DNA of 64,000 bases, taken from IMG/VR virus record IMGVR_UViG_3300022747_000014; one strand, 5' to 3'. Source of the DNA: a virus. Lineage: Duplodnaviria > Heunggongvirae > Uroviricota > Caudoviricetes. The translations under genes and the position numbers were made by a program. Of this stretch, positions 61,603 to 64,000 are shown in pieces; positions within the stretch are counted from its first letter, which is position 1; each line of letters begins with the position of its first letter. A model generated the notes under the pieces. That model searched no databases and was not told the DNA's origin. It saw nothing but the letters and a program-made list of their open reading frames with translations.

Positions 61603-63252
61603 ATGGCTATTCTTCAAATTAGTAGAATTCAGCATAGACGTGGTTTACAACAAGATTTACCACAACTAGCTAGTGCAGAACTTGGGTGGAGTATCGATCA
61701 ACGTAGGTTGTACATTGGTAACGGAACCGTGGAGGAAGGCGCTCCTACAGAAGGAGTAACAGAACTCTTAACAGAACACAGCGATCTGTTTAGCTTCTTG
61801 GGCTTTTATACCTTCAAAGGTTTATCAGCAGGCTTTACAGTCGAAACCGGACCTGATCCGTTGCACCCTGTTGTGCGTACACTACAAGACAAGTTAGATG
61901 ATTATGTTAGTGTTAAAGACTTTGGAGCAAAAGGTGACGGTTTTACAGATGACACCGCAGCTATCCAACGTGCAATTGATCGTGTGTACGCAGGTAACCA
62001 ATTGACGTTATTGGAAAACAAGCACAGAACAATTAACTTTCCAGCTGGTACATATATTATTAGCGACACACTAAACCTGCCACCGTATAGTCGTTTACAA
62101 GGAGAAGGTAAAAACACCACTGTTATTACTAGTACAATGGCCAAGCCATTGATGCGTCTAGTTGACGAGTTTTACCAATACGGTACATCGTTTGGGCAAG
62201 CAAATCCTGTAACCAGTGCGACACCCACTGCGGCAGAGTATCACATCAGTGACATGAAGTTTCATCACCAACGTCCACAGGGTGACCAAAGTTGCTTTGT
62301 AATCGACGGCTGTTATGGCACATACTTTAACAGAGTTCAGTTTAGAGGTATGGCACATACTACAACACCAGACCTTGCAGTCTATGGCGGTACGGCGGCA
62401 TATGATGTAGACAAAGGTACCGGCGTTGCTGGTGTATCGTGTAACAATTTAAGCTTCTATGAGCCTGCAGAAAACATTGTGTTTAGCCAATGTGACTTTA
62501 TTGATCACAACTATGGTATAGAACTAAACAACACAACCATTGGCGTTAGTATCACAGGCAGTTATTTTAATCACTTGTATTACGGCGTAACAACAGGCAA
62601 AGACAGTGCAGGTCAACAAACTGCCGGTGTTGCTATGTTTGACAACTATTTTCACTACACTGCCGCTGAAGCGGTTTATTGTGGCACAGACTCTAGAAGT
62701 TTTGTAAGTCAAGCTAACTATTTTGACCGTTCTGGCCTAGCTGACTACGAAGCAGACGCCCCTGTTATTAATCCAACTGGTCATGCACAGACTCCTGTTA
62801 TTTCATTCTTCAGCGACAACAACTTCAGCGTTGGAGACACATTCCAACGTGTAGTCACAGGTGACTTGTCTTTTCCGTATGTTGAAACAAACAACTATAC
62901 TAGCTACATCTTTGGCCAAGACCGCGGATTAGTCAATGGTAAAATCACAAGCTCCCCGGGACTTGTGGTCAGCTTGCCCACTAGCGGCACTTATGTATCT
63001 GCTGCACTACTTCAAATTCCATCTTCGTATGTTGACTTAAACGTAAGATACAGAATAACATCAGCCACTGGCGAGTGTTCTGGTACGTTGCAAGCAACGG
63101 GCTTTGGTGGAGCATACAACTACTCTGATGAGTGTGTTGAATCCGGAAGCTCTGGAGTTTCTCTAAGAGCAAATCCAACAACAGGTGACATTGAATATAC
63201 TTCAACCAGCAATGCCACTTTAACTTACAGTCTAAATTTTTTCACTAATTAA
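61603..63252 (+). CDS. tailspike/depolymerase with pectate-lyase-type beta-helix
   Basis: VKDFGAKGDGFTDDTAAIQRAIDRV is the classic Pectate_lyase_3 / phage tailspike N-terminal signature. 549 aa. Confidence 0.7.
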   Translation: MAILQISRIQHRRGLQQDLPQLASAELGWSIDQRRLYIGNGTVEEGAPTEGVTELLTEHSDLFSFLGFYTFKGLSAGFTVETGPDPLHPVVRTLQDKLDDYVSVKDFGAKGDGFTDDTAAIQRAIDRVYAGNQLTLLENKHRTINFPAGTYIISDTLNLPPYSRLQGEGKNTTVITSTMAKPLMRLVDEFYQYGTSFGQANPVTSATPTAAEYHISDMKFHHQRPQGDQSCFVIDGCYGTYFNRVQFRGMAHTTTPDLAVYGGTAAYDVDKGTGVAGVSCNNLSFYEPAENIVFSQCDFIDHNYGIELNNTTIGVSITGSYFNHLYYGVTTGKDSAGQQTAGVAMFDNYFHYTAAEAVYCGTDSRSFVSQANYFDRSGLADYEADAPVINPTGHAQTPVISFFSDNNFSVGDTFQRVVTGDLSFPYVETNNYTSYIFGQDRGLVNGKITSSPGLVVSLPTSGTYVSAALLQIPSSYVDLNVRYRITSATGECSGTLQATGFGGAYNYSDECVESGSSGVSLRANPTTGDIEYTSTSNATLTYSLNFFTN

Positions 63253-63255
63253 TTA

Positions 63256-63699
63256 ATGTTCAAACTAAGTGCCGAGGACCGCTTGAGGTCCTGGCGTGAT
63301 TTTCGAAACACGTTAGATTCGTTGCCTCTTGACCAGGCGTTATCACGTACAGCAGACCTATGGGCCACAGCTCCATTTAATCCCTACTACCTCGATCCGG
63401 CAGATCCTTCTGCGTGGCCAAATCCCTGGGAATTAATCACCGAAAACTACTACTGTGATATTGCAAAATGTCTCGGAATAATTTATACTATATCATTAAC
63501 TGTACATAAATCCGACATAGACATTGAGTATAGAAGCTACGTGGATCCAAAATCGAGACACGTCTATAATTTAGCATGGATCAATCAGGGGAAATATATT
63601 CTTAATTTGATTGACGGAGAACTCGTAAATAACGAACAGTTCGATAAAACACTAACGTTAGTTCAAACATTACTAAGCGCAGATTTAAAGATAGAATAA
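63256..63699 (+). CDS. hypothetical protein
   Basis: 147 aa. Confidence 0.45.
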   Translation: MFKLSAEDRLRSWRDFRNTLDSLPLDQALSRTADLWATAPFNPYYLDPADPSAWPNPWELITENYYCDIAKCLGIIYTISLTVHKSDIDIEYRSYVDPKSRHVYNLAWINQGKYILNLIDGELVNNEQFDKTLTLVQTLLSADLKIE

Positions 63700-63714
63700 T
63701 ATTAAGAGGTATCA

Positions 63715-64000
63715 ATGACACAAATTCAAGTTACAAAACGAGACGGACGCAAAGAGCCGCTAAATTTAGAGAAATTACATAAAGTTGTATTTTGGGCGAC
63801 AGAAGGAATCACAGGAGTTAGTGCTAGCGAAGTAGAAATTAATAGCCATGTACAGTTTTATAATGGTATTAAAAGCACAGACATTCAAGAAACGCTTATT
63901 AAAAGCGCAGCAGACTTAATTAGCGAAGAATATCCAAATTATCAATACGTTGCGGGTCGTTTATTAACTTATCACATTCACAAACTAGTCTACGGGGAAT
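63715..64000 (+). CDS. nrdA: ribonucleoside-diphosphate reductase alpha subunit NrdA (class Ia), N-terminal ATP-cone, partial
   Basis: VTKRDGRKEPLNLEKLHKVVFWATEGITGVSASEVEINSHVQFYNGIKSTDIQETLIKSAADLISEEYPNYQYVAGRLL is near-colinear with the E. coli NrdA N-terminus. Confidence 0.85.
   Translation, partial: MTQIQVTKRDGRKEPLNLEKLHKVVFWATEGITGVSASEVEINSHVQFYNGIKSTDIQETLIKSAADLISEEYPNYQYVAGRLLTYHIHKLVYGE

Overview
This window reads as a segment of a large virulent tailed phage (myovirus-like) whose host is probably a gammaproteobacterium. The replication module resembles T4: a DnaB/gp41-like helicase, a zinc-ribbon/TOPRIM primase and a UvsW-like SF2 helicase. The window ends with the N-terminus of class Ia nrdA.

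The 5' third is an early/accessory region:
- At least six tRNA genes: Arg-TCT, Lys-CTT, Cys-GCA, Met-CAT, Val-TAC and probably Gly-TCC.
- A ~2.3 kb stretch (1673-4014) with no ORF of 60 aa or more in any frame. It carries a textbook sigma70 promoter, two of the tRNAs, a 20-bp perfect inverted repeat, several GCAA-tetraloop hairpins and a 10-nt motif repeated three times. I read it as one or more large structured ncRNAs travelling with the tRNAs.
- Two paralogous solute-binding-protein-like genes (253-1200 and 7884-8843) bracket this island. Between them a minus-strand operon encodes a PP-loop ATPase (SGGGDS) and a possible HxD oxygenase.

Then comes a divergently transcribed ~11 kb nucleotide-sugar biosynthesis and glycosyltransferase cluster (10023-20960). 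It holds three NAD-dependent epimerase/dehydratases, a split miniature transketolase, an O-methyltransferase, a TylC3-like sugar C-methyltransferase, an FkbM methyltransferase, GT9-like and GT17-like transferases, and a Seg-like GIY-YIG/NUMOD3 homing endonuclease at the divergence point.

A complete, host-like groES-groEL operon follows, with its own sigma70 promoter and terminator.

Downstream are many small early genes (including duplicated ~49 aa ORFs below the ORF-track cut-off) and a membrane module: a lipoprotein, a Ser-rich 'SSSWD' repeat protein and an SPFH/band-7 protein. The tail-fibre module has long collagen-like G-X-Y tracts, two fibres sharing an N-terminal domain, and a cupin. 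Next to the helicase is a radical-SAM enzyme (CNIACVYC) with a Cys-rich N-terminal extension. Also present are a KxDG ligase-like protein, structural genes, an SGNH esterase flanked by paralogous transferase-like genes, a PD-(D/E)xK nuclease and a pectate-lyase-fold tailspike.

My top candidates for novelty are the ORF-free structured-RNA island with its tRNAs and the phage-borne branched/methylated sugar pathway.
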